Shown: one piece after another, positions 37,005-50,419 of the stretch
Numbering within the stretch: the first letter of the stretch is position 1
Layout of the letters: every line of letters begins with the position of its first letter
NCBI GenBank assembly: GCA_050273025.1
Contig: CP158635.1
Location: 1,426,001 to 1,490,000 of the forward strand
DNA: 64,000 bases
Direction of reading: 5' to 3'
DNA from: Cenococcum geophilum
Lineage: Eukaryota
The notes under the pieces: model-generated
The model's database searches: none
Seen by the model: the letters and a program-made list of their open reading frames with translations, nothing else
What the model was told of the DNA's origin: nothing
Made by a program: the position numbers and the translations under genes

Positions 37005-40000
37005 ATAGGGCCCTTTAAAGCTAAGCGCTGCTTTCCTAATAACCTAGAGTCGCGGAGGTAGAGGGCCTTATTAGCCTTAAAATTATACGCCTTTTAGCCG
37101 CTAGATAACCGCCTAGTGATTATAGATATAACGGGCCACCGTCGCGATTATACTATAGTGGTCTAGAGATTATAAATAAGTATACCCTTGCCCATCCGTC
37201 CAACGTCTTCTACTACCCTTCCCTCCTCCGCCTCTCCTTTCGTTTTTAGCTACCTTCTTCTTACTAACCCACGCGCCTCTCTATACAGATTTATTAGGGA
37301 TATCCTATAAGTAGACCTAAATAGTATCTAACTTAACCTGTGCCTTGCGTCTAAAACGGCTAAGGATTATTGCTAAGTATTCCTCTAGGCGTATATTAAG
37401 AACTTAAAGCGAAGATATTTAGTCCTTAGACCGTAAGAGTATAAATATAAGCGGATGGTAAATACGGCTTCTTCTATTACGCATTTCTAGAGGGGGCTTA
37501 TTACTTAAGCCAACTCTATAGTCCTACTAAAGAAAAGGCAGCAAGATTCTAAGAATAAGGCTCTTTAGAGACTAAAGTTTATTAACTACACTAAGCAACG
37601 TATATAAGGGCCAATATTTAAAATATCTAAGGTTAGTTACACTAACGAACCCTACGCCCCTCCTCCCTATCCCCCTTCCCCTTCCCTTTCCTCTTATTCC
37701 CCTCTATAGATCCTCTACATAGGTATATAAAAAGGTTAAAATATCTATTCTAACCCCCCCCCTCTTAGTAAATCTATAATGGCCTTATAGATAAGCTTGG
37801 TCTTACAGTTAATTAAACCTTTAAAAAGGTTAAGGCGATAGCCAAAGATATTATTGTTATCCTTAATACGCTATAGGAGCGTGCTAGGGATATTAATTGC
37901 GAGCCTAACACCTAGCTCGCGTTTTACGCCATCCTCCTAACGGCGGGTATTAGCGGCTTTAAACTAGCCTCTATAATGTGCCTTTTATACTAGTAAGTTA
38001 GTCTAGCAGTTATATAGGACCTAAATAACCAAACGAGGACAAGGCTCGTTGTTATAATTGTAGTTAAAAAGAATAAGAAAAAGTAGGCTAGCTACAGCTC
38101 TAGAGCCAACGCGTAAGCCTAACCCTATCCTTACTCTATGTCTTTAGGAACTCCTCGCCCTACCCTAGTTACTTTCCCTTATTTACCTCCTTTATTCTAA
38201 TAGGATATCCTTTTCTATTACCCTCGTCCTATATCTAAATATATATCTCACCAGCCTTATCGCCACGCGCGTGATTATAGATAACGCCTTTAAGCCTAGC
38301 TTTAAGTCCGTTAACGCGCTACTCCATTAACCCGCCCTTAAAGGAGTGGACTTCCTCCCGCTAAAGTAGAAGAAAGAGATACTAAACCAGCCTATTTTTC
38401 CACTCGCTTACTTAAGTTTTAACTATTTATAGCACTAAACATGCCTTATAGCCGGTTTCCGGGAGGACTTATACATTTACGCGCTATAGGTTAGCGCAGG
38501 AGCTAGACTTAATAGTAAGAGAATTTAAGGTAAATATATGTATATGCACATGCATATATTAAGCAGCGCATTTCCCTACTACTTTCCTTTTTAACTCCAT
38601 AAATAGTAGGGATGGCTACTAACTTCTTTAAACCGCTAGGTATTCTCTCTAATATACTATATAACTATATTTTATTTAATACGACCTAAGTATTCTAAGG
38701 TAGCTATTAGACTAAATGCGTCCGCGAGGATCTTATAGGGTTAGCCTTTGGATCTATAGCCGGACGGAATAATGCCCTCTTTTAGCGCCTCCGTAATATA
38801 TCCCTATAGAGGGATATAAATGCTCCTATTAGCCTAAGCGAGGAGGACTTATAGGAGTTTAAATAGCGTAAGGACGTATATAATCTTCGTGGAAGCCTAG
38901 AAGTGGCGAAGCGAGCAAAAGATTATAAGGTAGCGATAGCGCTTAATAGGTAGCTCCGCTATATTATTAAGATTTTATTATCTCTAAAAGTGCAGAAGAA
39001 GAGGGCGGAATACTTTAGTCGCGTTAATGGATTAAGAGCCCTAGGTTTACTAACTATAGGCATACCCGCCGTATAAACCACCAGATCCACTCCTAGTAAG
39101 GGCGCTTTAGGCAAAGGCGCTCTAAGGAGGCGCTCTCGCGACGCGGTGGCTGCGGTTGCTTAGTTTCTACAAAGTTACACTTAGGATATTAATAAACACT
39201 AGCCCTTTAAATAGTATTCGGAACGGTTTATAAACCTACTTATTAGATACTTAACTCGCCGGCTAAAAACGGACCTGTCTTTAGATACAGAAACTTTAGA
39301 GCGTAAGGCAGATAATATAGGTTAGGCAATACGCGAAGAGGATAAAAAGGATAAAAAAAATAAAAAGGATAAAGCGGGTAACGCAGAGGGTAAGTAAGGT
39401 GCGTTTTTATCCTTAACTAAAACAAAGGGAACGAGGGGTTGTAAGGAATAGCCTAGGTGCCTTCTTAGCTATAGCGTCTATTGCCGCCGTAGCGAACTTA
39501 TAAAGTATTATAAAAAGATTTATATTAAGAACGGGATATTTAAGCAGCCCTTTTAGTGCCCTAAATGCCGCCGCCTGGGGATAGAAAATTCTTAGATTAG
39601 CGGGGGCGAGTCTATATAGAGTAACTATGTTAAAATGGTTTATAATAAGATTTATACGCCTTATTTCCCCTCCTATTTAACCCTAGCTAAGGACCCGTTT
39701 AAGTATCTTATCTATTTTAGCTTCTTTCTTTCTAGGCAAGGTCTTATAAGGCATTTTAGACTAACCTATATCCAGAAAGAAAGCATATTTAAGCAGCCCT
39801 TCCTATATCCTAAATGCCGCCGCTAGAAAAAGGAGGACATTTAGATTAACGGACTCTCCGCATAGCCTAGTCACATAGTATTAGTATATAGTAAGGTTCA
39901 CGCGCCCGATTTTCCATTTAGTCCGTGCCATTCGCCCAGCTCGCCCTTAGACAACGGAACTTAGAAAATATTTAGTAGGAAGAAGCGAAAGAGGAATAAG

Positions 40001-40237
40001 GGCGACACCGGCGCCGGCGCCGGCGGCAGCTTAGCGGAAGTAATAATAGATATAATAACAGATACGGTAATAAATATAACAATATCTAGTACTTAAACTC
40101 TAGCGTCTTCCGCGGACTTTAATATTCTTCTAAGAATTAATCCTCGCCTATTAATAGGTAAGGTAGAGGTAGAGAAACAGGAGAGAAAAATAAAAAGGCA
40201 CGTACTGGCGCCTACCTTACCGTCTATATTAAGATAG
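37005..40237 (+). pseudogene. Starship captain (DUF3435 tyrosine recombinase), RIP-degraded, about four introns
   Basis: Reads LGLT..(Q)TF(E)KV(E)A(T)A(E)DI..L.TL(W)ERARDI.CEP.T(R)LAF(H)AILLTAGI.GF(RP)AS; YAL(R)V(G)AGARL(D); NYIL..T(Q)VF(Q)GSY..VREDL(M)GLAFG; SL.RD.NAP; C-terminal zinc-finger-like repeats F(E)QPFxCP(E)CRR; I(D)PRLL near the end. Ends approximate. Confidence 0.88.
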
Positions 40238-40348
40238 TCCTACCGTATAAGTCCTTCGGCGTGGAGACTAAGCTTAGTTAGGACGGTTTAGCCCTAAGAT
40301 ACTAGGCAGTTAATATGTTATATAGCACTAAAATTAATCTAAACTAAC

Positions 40349-40459
40349 ACTACAAAATACTTTTAGCGGAAGCATTTCTCTAACGTTAAGTAAGGTAAAC
40401 AGATTAAATGCAAAGTCTATAAAAACTATGCTCTTAGTATACACGGGACTATTTCCTAA
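40349..40459 (+). pseudogene. Fragment resembling the C-terminal zinc finger of a second DUF3435-type captain
   Basis: TK(H)F(Q)RKHFSNVK(Q)G.QI(E)CKV(C)KN(H)ALSIHGTIS-stop; resembles the recalled HFxRKH..ECxVC..HA..HGTVS terminus of DUF3435 proteins. Confidence 0.45.
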
Positions 40460-41374
40460 TCTATCCTTTAAAAGCTTGCTAGTAAGCTATTAAGGCTAGT
40501 AAAGAGCTTTTCCTTTAACTGGACACTAGTTATTATATTAATCGGAGTTCGCGTAATAAGTAGCCTATATAAGCAAGATTTAAGGAGAATAAACTTACCT
40601 TAAATCGCAGTGAGCGGTTAAACCCGCAACGTATAGCGGCTATATTTAGGTATAGAAGCGGTAGTAAAACTTAATAGAGACGTTTTAAGACCTTATAGAG
40701 CCTCTTTAAATCCGCCCTGTTCGCGACCTATACTAATTAGCGCTAAAGCTTAAAGTAACGCCTAAGAGTCTAACAGGAACTAAATTTCATCCTTTCTTTA
40801 AAGATATAGCTATTATTTACATTCTTTATACTATTATATAGGCACTATAGTAGCAAAAGAGCTATTATATAAGACTTTAACGGAAGTAGCTAAAGAGATA
40901 ACAATATTCTATTATGGCTTAAATACTATGCGCTTATGTAGCAAATATCTATATACTAAGATATATTTAGTTCGCTGGTATTAGCGCTATTATAACTATA
41001 TATAGTTACCTATCCTATATATCTATTATGCTAGAGATATATTAGACGTATTAATTCGTTAATAGTAGTAATCATTCTCGCACTATTATAGGTATAATAA
41101 GTATGTAAGAGGATTTAAGTAGTAGAGAACAGTATAATAAGACACAATCTATATATATATAAAAAAGAAAAGTAATATAAATATAAAAGGGGTTTTTTTT
41201 AAGAGAAAACAAAAGAAAGTAACATTCTAGGTAACCTAGACGGCTTAATAGATATAAGAAGATCAGCCTAGGGTTTGCTAGAAAGCTATACACACAATTT
41301 ATAAAAATCCTATTTAGCTCTAGGTAATGGAAACTGGTTAACACTAACAGAGGAGTAAGATAGTAATTAGAGGC

Positions 41375-43050
41375 TTAAACTAAGTAGGATAGAGAGGATC
41401 TAAAACTTATTTTAGATAAAACCAGCTAGCAACTACAATAATAGTATAGATTGCCATAATAAGAACGCCTTTAAGCCAGTCTATTTTAGTGTTAGTTAGA
41501 GTGGATTACCTATATAAAAAGAAAAACTTACTAGATTTACTATTTTAGATAAGATAGTTTACTAAGAGCATGGCAACAAACAAAACAGCTATTAGAAAGA
41601 TATTAAAATAAAGCGTTATATAATCCTAGTTGATAATCTAACCGAGTATAACAACGAAGGGAAGAACTAGAAGAGTAATTTGTATACTAGATCTAATAGC
41701 AACATTAATTACTAGACTTATCTCATCCTTATAAGCTACTGTGACCGCTATTATATACTTAGCAGCGTTCCTAATAATTAGGAGTAGGATAAGACCGACA
41801 AAAGTGGTAGAGATAGTGCCGCTTGCCGTAACATTACTAATACTATTAACTATAAACTTAGGACAGAAGGCGACTAACGCGGTAAAGAATCTAAGGGTTA
41901 TAATTGCACCCCAGATCGTCAATTTAGGCTCCTTAATCTCATTATCTTCCTCTTCTACATTTAAATCCTGCATAAGCTGTTCTTAGTTTACTCCGCCTCT
42001 AAATATAGCCGCCGCTCTAGCGCTAATCTATACGATACCACAGAGAGACATACCCTACTTAACTTAGGAGGATTTACACTTAGGAGCCCTTTAGCTTAGA
42101 GTATTATACATTTCGGTATATAACTTTAATTAAAATATAAGGTAGTAAACGTATATAATTAGGAGGATAACAGCTATTCCGCGGGAAAGCTCCCAATTAA
42201 GTATAGAGCTATTAGGGCTTATAGCTACATAGGTTAGTATCTATTATAGGTCTAAAGCTGTTATTAAACTTACTTAATAGCGTAGAGTGGAAGGCGGTTA
42301 AAATAATTAGACTACCAACGTACAAAGCTAGAAAACTGGCCGCAGTATCTACTACTGTTATATTAAAATATTGTTCTATCCGGTTAATACCTCTAAAGAA
42401 GAAGCATATGCTAAGGATAAGGAGTAAGTTTAAAAGTATACTGCCGATTAAGGAAGTTTTGACAATAGTAATCTAGCCTTTAGTTAGGGCTAAAATAGAG
42501 ACAATTAATTTAACAGCATTTCTGCGCTAAATATTAGATAATATTAGGACAAATAAGAAGCGGAGAAATGTACCTAAAAGTTATATTTAAAAGACCACCT
42601 AATATATCACCGGCGCGGAGCGTAATCTCTTTAGTAGCGTAGCTAAGCATTATAGTAAGCGGAATAATGGCAATAAAGTTAATAATAAATATGGTAATAC
42701 CGTTAGCGTAAAGATAATTAACTATAAAGCCAACGGGAATAGTAAGAAGAAGTATATTTATCTATAAGCTAAATAAGACAGCACGAACCTAATCCTTAGT
42801 AGGTATCTTACGCTTTAAAGCTGCTTTCAGCCTTTTCTCCTTAGTTATTAGCCTAGGATATAAGGATCTTCGTAGGCCTATACTAGCCTCTTCGTTAGGT
42901 CGTTTATTATTAAACCCTATCTAGGCTGCTTAATAAGCTTTTAAGAGTGTTGCTAGATCTAAATATGCCATTATAAGCACAGCTTTTAATTATTCCTAGA
43001 AAGAGCAGGATAGAGAAGGGCGATTTTATAGTTTAGAGGGTACCTACACA
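41375..43050 (-). pseudogene. Vacuolar Ca2+/H+ exchanger (Vcx1/CAX family), RIP-degraded
   Basis: GGLLN.TF(G)/NAV(E)LIVSI, IVKTSLIGSILxNLLLIL, FVGLILL(P)II(G)NAA(EH)..AVTVA.KD, VAI(G)SS(M)QI.LLVLPFVVILG, WL(E)GVLI; introns present. Confidence 0.9.
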
Positions 43051-43899
43051 TAGCAAAGACTAAGAAGTCCAATAGTACTCAGGCCAACACCGACGCCTCA
43101 AATCTATAATAGTGCGTTTAGCTTTTTTTTTTCAGTTAATTTTATAAGCGAGGATCCAAAGCAAATTCCAAAATAGTTATTATAAAGGAGAGGAGGATTA
43201 ACGTTAATAACTAGACAGAATGGCTAGTGAAAAAAGGAGAAGATAAAGTATTCTAATAGACGAATAATAAGTAAAAAGTAAACCAACTACTTATAGAAAT
43301 GAGGACGCAGTAGAACGTATAAATAAGGGTATAAGTCTATATGCCTTTAAGTACCGGCTACCTACTATCTTAAATATAAGTCCTTCCTTAACGCAAGGCA
43401 GATTAATAGGAGTTGTTATACCGCCTGTATAAGGCGGAGCGCTTATAAAGGGCTTAGCTAGAATATTAATTAAACTATCTTATAACGCACTAATAGCTCC
43501 TTTACTACAGATGGGGAGTAAATATACGAGATTAACTGGCTAAGATAAGTCTACTGCTTAAGCAGTGTCTTGCTCCGTAAAGGGTGGGCGTTAAAAGTAA
43601 ACTATATAATGCTACTCCTGCTAGGTAAGGCGTTATTAGAAGGTTATTATTGGCTTTTAGTTCTAGTTTATAACTTTATATAAACGCCTCTAAACCCTAC
43701 ACTATTGGGGCTATCTAAAAGCTAAGTTACCTGTTTACCTTATCTTGACCTTAGGCTAGGCTCGTTAGCTATTAATTTATTAAGGCGACAGAAAGTTACG
43801 TCGAGGCGTATAATAGGGCTTAAGTAAAGCCACGTAACTAAATAGGTATTGCTGTACGAAGCAACGCTTAACCAGCTACCTCTATATCGCCGTCTCAGA

Positions 43900-45020
43900 A
43901 TAATTGGAAGAAAGGAGTTAATACTAGCCCTTGTTGTTTAATATAACCCTCCTATAGAGGTATAGCAAGTAGGGTATAAACGGGGAAGGATTATGCTCTT
44001 GTTGTGGCTGTATTATAGTGCATTCGTAATACTGTACTAGTATCCCTAAGTTAGTAAATCGGCTTAACTTTTAAGGTATAGTTAAAGCAGAGCCTACTAT
44101 TAGCTCTCCTATTAGCTAAGTGGTAAAGAGGAGCAGGATATAAAAGGCCTCTATATCCTTTAACTAGACCTATATTAAGTACAGTATCCTTTAAGGAAAT
44201 CCCTCCTTACTTTCTCGTAAAGACACTTAAACTATTAGCTACCTTATCTCTTTAATAATAAGCGACTTAGAAGCCACGATAGAGGATACCATATTATATT
44301 AGATTAAGGTGCGCTCTAAACATTAAATCCTTTACGGGATACCGCTAATAGAGCTAGGATATACCGCTTATTTCTAATCCTAAGGGCTCTAATAAGGCCG
44401 TTAATATAGTAGGGCAGGTATGCGATAGTTGCTTCCCTATAGTTTTATCTATTCGCTAGCTTACTAACATAAGTAGGATATCTAGTTAGTACTAGAACGT
44501 AAGAGTGATTTAGAGAACGACGAGGCCGATATAGAAGGAACTGTAAGGAAATATTTACCCCGCACTAACGAGATAAAGAAGTCGTCTTAATATAGCCCGC
44601 TTGGTAACTCCTTCTAATAAAGCTTATCGACCCTAGCTTACTCTATTAGGGGCAATAGAGAGACTAAGTAGCTTAGTTAATTAACTTAGCTATAGGCTCA
44701 GCTAACTTAAAGGGAAAGTTAGCAGCCTTAAAAAAAGCGACTACTACATTGTGGGTTATCTAGGGAAGGTTAACAATCGGATCGACAGCTTAAGAAGTAA
44801 CTAGGAAGAAATAGAAAATACTATTAGGCGGTTTTAAAACGAAATCTATACTCTTAAGAGAGGTAGTAATAAAACTTCAGATTATGGAGGTAAATAGGTT
44901 ATAAAGGCTAAAAACAAGATCACGGCATCTAAGAGAAAAAGGGCACGCTTAGTCTAAGGATGGAGAAGTCTATAGAATTAAGGAGGAAATTTATTAGCTT
45001 AAATAGTACGCTCTTTAGTT
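43900..45020 (+). pseudogene. Hypothetical coiled-coil protein, RIP-degraded
   Basis: Intron gtatgc..ctaac..tag at ~44418-44476; heptad-like frame KVNNRIDSLRSN(Q)EEIENTIRRF; family not recognised. Confidence 0.35.
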
Positions 45021-45099
45021 ATTATATTGTTTGCTTATTAAAGGAAATTTATATATTAGATTTAAGCTAGAACTAGCCCTACCCTTTATAGCGAGTGTT

Positions 45100-47263
45100 G
45101 TAAGACGTTCATCCAAACCTTCACCACACATGCAACCTTACCAAAAGGTAGCGCCACACTCCAAAACTTACGCATACCCATCTTACCATCAAAAACAATC
45201 GATTTTCTAACTTTCAAGACCTAATTCCTACTGCCTAGCGAGCTAGAGGTGGATTTATTGGTCGTTTTACCCCCTTTTCCCAACAGAAAAATTTCTCTAA
45301 GGGTGGCCCTAGCTTATAAGCGAGGCACGGACAAGAACACCAAAACTACTACCACTACCACTAATACCAAAACTACAAAATAGGGGCTAGTTTCTCTACT
45401 ACCTCTTAGCCTAATCTCCCCAGAAATCTTCTAGTAGGATTAGTAAGGAGAAAGGGTATAAGGATAGTAGGAAACCCCCCTATAAAATGCCGAAGCAAAA
45501 GCCTGGTAGGCCAAAAAAAAAACCTCCTTTAGAAATAAGTGATCATCAGTCTGATATATTCACCTTTTCTTTCCCCTCTTCTTCTTCTTCTAGCCTATTT
45601 AGGGCAGGAGAAAAAAGAGGACATCCTCAGTCTTCTCTTGAAAATGAAAACCAAAACCAAAACCAAAAACCTGCAAAAAAGATAACAAAATCGATGACTA
45701 CTACGGATAGTATGCCTAGCATACCTTTCCCTCCCCTTTCTCTAAAACAACACCTACAAAAAGCTCTAGAAAGCCTAACTCAGGCCTATAAAGGGCTAGA
45801 AGAAGAAGAAAAAGAAGAAAAAGAATAAGTTAAATAGCTAGAAGACTATACACGGAGTATCCTAGCAGGAGAAACCCCCTTTATACAAGGAAAAGAAAAG
45901 GCAAAAGATGTCCTACAAGGACTAGTAGAAGAAGTAAGAGCTCTCCGTAAGGAGGTAGCTCCTACGAAAGAAACTTACGTAGAGAGGCTAAAGAAAGGCC
46001 TTACTTCTTCGTCCTCCCCACCCTCCTCCTTATTATCATTACCACCACCACCTTCTACCCCTTCTAGTAGGAGTTTTACTTCTACTAGAAGTAGGAAAAA
46101 GCAGCTATAAGAAAGAAAGCTAGTCCTAATTACAGACGAAAAGGACCAACCTTTAGATACCTTCTTTATACGGAACAAAGTCAACCAACTATTTGCATCA
46201 AAACTGCAAGTAGAAAAGCTAGTACTAGCGTCTATAGCTAGAACTAAAGGAAAACAAAATATTCTCCTTACGACTACGGAAGAGTATAATGCGGATTTCC
46301 TAGTTAAATATAAGGAAATCTGGTATAACTGCTTTACCTTTTAAAGAGAACAAAAACTGGAACTATGGGTTCAAATTATAGCCCATGGGGTTCCTACCCT
46401 ACCTTTCCTAGGAGAAGGAGGCTCTAAGCTTCTAAAAGAAGAAATTGAGACCTTTAATCCTATAAGGATACAAGGACTACCTAGATGGATCTTATCTAGT
46501 GTAAAAAGACACGATCTACAGACCAGATTTGGCTCTATAGTTTTTACTATAGAGAGCGAAGAAAAAAGACAAGAAATCCTTAAGCAAAAAGAGATATCAA
46601 TTGCAGGTACAGCTACTAAGGTAGTAAAATACCTCGAAGTCTCTCCTACTACGCAGTGTACGAGCTGCCAAAAATTTGGCCATATAGGAGATAGGTGCTC
46701 TACTAGGGCCTGCAGATACTGTGCGGCTGCATATTTATCTAAAGACCATTCCTGTTCTACCTGTATAACAACAGGCAAGCCTTGCCAGCATACCACCCCT
46801 CTTTGCATTAATTGTAAAGAAAAACACTTTGCTAATAGTAAAGACTGCGAGACTCTTAAAGCTGCTAAACTAGTACGCGAAGAAGATTCTATGGAAGAAT
46901 AAAAACAGATAGGATTCTAGAAGGAGGCAACTCCTACTAGGCTCTTAAAAAGATATTAGAGAGCAAAAGGATAGAAATAAATTGCAAAAGGACAGGGACA
47001 GGGGTTAGGATTTCTTACAGTTTTTCTTACCATTTTCTCATTCCCTAGTAGTTGTAGTATCTTAGTATTTTACTAGGAAACTATAAACTCCTAATTTAGG
47101 GGTTTATAAACTACTAGGACATAGCTACTAGTACATATTAAGCTGCCTAGAAAGGATTTATGTATATAGAACTATAGCGCTATAGCCTAAGGCTGCATGC
47201 GTAGTATTGTACGTAGTATAATACAATGGATATAAAAAAAATAAAAAATAAAAAATAAAAAAA
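45100..47263 (+). mobile_element. ORF1-only non-LTR retroelement (half-LINE-like)
   Basis: 12-bp TSD ATAGCGAGTGTT (45088-99, 47264-75); A-rich tail 47234-47263; one gag-like frame; no RT or endonuclease. Confidence 0.88.
45487..46902 (+). pseudogene. LINE ORF1/gag-like protein (471 codons, a few RIP stops)
   Basis: Single frame from MPKQKPG to DSMEE-stop with CTSCQKFGHIGDRC, CRYCAAA(H)LSKDH and CINCKEKHFANSKDC knuckles; internal stops are TAA/TAG. Confidence 0.85.
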
Positions 47264-47599
47264 ATAGCGAGTGTTTGCCGCATTTAAATGCTTAATTAGC
47301 AATAAGTTAGCAAATCTAACTAAGCTTAACGTCTAAAGCGAGTAAAACCACGTTCCCCTATTATATATTTAAGTCTAGTTGCTCTTTACTAGCGTCTTCT
47401 TTACTAGTAGAGGATAGAATTTGTCTTTAAAATAGAAGTTAGTTTGCGGAATAATAGAAAAAAATAAGGGTTTCTAGGTCTGGAGGCTATAAAGGCTAAT
47501 CTATAGATATATAGATAACTAGATAATATCGACCATTACGCCGCGCTATAATATATATATCCGCCTAGTAATGCCGCCATAATCTATCGGCTTTATTTA

Positions 47600-48186
47600 G
47601 GCCTTATTTAGTAACTTTTTTCTACTTATAAGATTCCACCGTTTTAATTACTAAAAATTCAAAATAGAACGAATAGGTTAAATAAATTGAATAGGTCAAA
47701 AATTAAACAGGTTTAGGCTTTCCGTTTAGTAGATCAACCTATTTAAATAGCTTAGCAGCTGAAATTGAGGCTTAAAACGGCCGTTTTAACTTCATCGCGT
47801 TTACCGCGATTCTGCGGCCTAAAGTAGTATAGAGTGCGCGATTTCTAAGTCTTGGCCGCGAAATAGTTGTTAAATAGGTGAAAATTAAAAAGTACTTCTC
47901 TAGGTACTTTTTAACACCTGCCTAGCCGTTTCGACGTTAATCTGGCTATCTATGCACTATTCTGCCCAATTTGTGAAGTCTTTAATCGTGTATATTAAGC
48001 ACGTAATCGCGATTAACAATTCTACTAAATGATAGACATCTACTAGTTTATTCTACACCCCTGCAAGGTATTAACTTATAGCGCTTATAATTGGAGCTAT
48101 TTGGCGTTAAAGATTTAAACAGGTTGAATTTTAGTAGTTGAAACGGTGGAATCTTATAAGTAGAAAAAAAGTCACCAAATAAGGCC
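47600..48186. mobile_element. PIF/Harbinger-like MITE
   Basis: ~60-bp TIR ggccttatttRgtRacttttttctacttataagattccaccgttt; 3-bp TTA flanks (47597-99, 48187-89). Confidence 0.75.
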
Positions 48187-48189
48187 TTA

Positions 48190-48606
48190 GATGTCTGTCC
48201 CACCTTATATATAGTCCTACCTCGTGCATAGCACTAAAATACGTCTTTTTAAAATACTTATATCTTAATAACCATAATAGCTATTTATATAAAATTGTAA
48301 ATATAGCTTATCAAATAATAAGAAAAGCTTTTTATAAAATAAAAATATAAAAATAATATAATTTATAGTAAAATATAAAAGAAAATCACTTTTATATAGG
48401 TTAAAAAATAAAATGTATTGTATAAAGTCTAATTTTATAAAAATAATTTTATAAAAAGCTTTTCTTACTATTTAATAAACTATATTTAAAGTTTTATATA
48501 AATAGCTATTGTGGTTATTAAGATATAAGCATTTTAAAAAGACGTGTTTTGTATAATTTTAGTACTATGCACGAGGTAGGACCGTGCATAAGGTGGGATA
48601 GACTTC
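48190..48606. mobile_element. Foldback MITE with TA TSD
   Basis: Arms gaWgtctRtcccaccttat..gtcctacctcgtgcatag, near-palindromic throughout; TA at 48188-89 and 48607-08. Confidence 0.85.
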
Positions 48607-48699
48607 TAAGGTCACCAAATGCTTTCGAAAATTCTTATTTATGGCTCACTTCGACCTTAATTATACTTTCTGCTTTAAGGAATAAGAAATTTCTTATAA

Positions 48700-49330
48700 A
48701 GATTTTCGTAATTACGTTTATCTCTTTTAGCATTTATTAAGAATTAAGGCGTTAATTAGGATTTCCTTAGCTTGGTATTGTGTTTCTATATAGTTGCTTT
48801 TATGTTAAGAATCTCTCGTTATTATCCGCACGTAAATAAACAAGTTCTTATATATTAGATTGAAGTTAGAGACTCGCTTATAGTAAGCAAGCTTAATAAG
48901 TCCTCTACCTTTGTATGCTTAATAGTGATAAGTCAGCTACCCTATAACTCGCTTAGTCCTTAAGGTCGTCACTTTATAGATATCTTAGAATTAACCTTTG
49001 TTGACCCATCCTCTTTAACCTAGTTAAAATGTGCTGGAGTTTTCTTAACTGGAATAGGATAGAACCTTTCCTTTAAAACAGTTAGTATATTCCGTATAAT
49101 AATAGTAAGAAGAGGGCCTACTAGGTCTTATGGGTTTGGAGGCCATATAGGTTAATCTATAGATGTATAAATATAAAATTGACTATTGCGCCGTATAAGA
49201 ATATAGCAATCTACGTTAAAGTATCGCTTTAATCTATTGGCCTTTTCTAAGAAGGTCCCCTTTTGCTTTCAAAAGTTCTTATTTATAGCTCGCTTTAACC
49301 TTAATAGTGATCTTTGCTTTAGATATATAA
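48700..49330 (-). pseudogene. MADS-box-like (SRF-type) protein, RIP-degraded
   Basis: NF(R)KQKGTFLEKANRLKR.F(D)VDCYILIRRNSQFYIYTSID(Q)PIWPP, intron, then ERFYPIPVKKTP. Confidence 0.65.
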
Positions 49331-50419
49331 CTATAATAAATAATTAATGGCTTAGTAGCTCTTTGGTGTTTTTATAGGATAATTAGGGTGTAGGTTAACT
49401 CTGAATTTTATATTAATAAGGTGGGAATGTTAAGAATAAATATAGGATATATTCTAAGTTATAACTCTAAGAACTAAATCTTGTTCTAAGAACTGGGTCT
49501 AATTCTAAAGACTATATTTTAATTCTAAAGACCGTATCCCAATTCTATTTTTAGGAAACGGGCCTATTAACTGTTAGGAACGCTTGCTGGGCTAAATACA
49601 CTAAACACGGCTAAAAAGGTAAACCTACTTATTTACGGGCGGTTAGTAATTCTGCCGCAACACTTTAGTAGTTAAGGTTTTAATGTTCTTAAAATCGCGT
49701 ATAGGCCATATATATACAGCTAACGACGGTATAAGGGATAGTGTTAAGCTAAGCGGCTTAATAGTCTTAGGAGGGGTAAGTATAGGGCTATTTTTACCTT
49801 AGCTTAAATCGTAACCCGACCCTAAAGCTAAGCCCCGACCCTAGCCCTAGGAGACAGCTAATTAACTATTATAAAAAGGGCGCGATCCCAAAAACTGGAT
49901 CTGGTTTTAAGAAACTAGATTCTAATTTTAGGGAACGGGTTGATTAACCGCTGTAAAAAGAGGTTAACTGTCTATATTTAGTATATTAGGTTTAGCTTGT
50001 TTTAGAACCAGCTACGTAATTATATATAGGCGCTTATATAATTAACCCTAGTTAACCCACTCTTGGGAGCCCTACTATATTAGAGCCTTATATATTACGG
50101 AATAAACTAAAACTAGTTATTATGGCTTAGTATTTAACTAAGCCCTACGAAGCCTTAGTCTGAGCCACGTTAGGTTAGCTTAACTTTTCCATACCTAATT
50201 TTTAATCTTCTGTATTCGCTTCTACCTTGCTTCCTTCCTTATACTTTTCTCCCTAGTCATTTCCTTATTACAAGACGCGCTTAACGTATTCTTGGCCTCC
50301 CTATACTTATCTGCTATTATACCGTCCTTATATGCTAGCCTCTTTAATCTCCCCTTCTTGCCTACCTACCTGCCTGCTACGCGGCCCTCCTAATATAGCT
50401 TTTAGCGCGTTCGCTTATA

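Noticed and set aside
36270..37005. Starship left boundary or 5S rDNA target site upstream of the captain
   Set aside because: No 5S sequence or convincing terminal repeat recognised; the boundary needs the other end or an empty site. A charged minus-strand frame here could not be identified.
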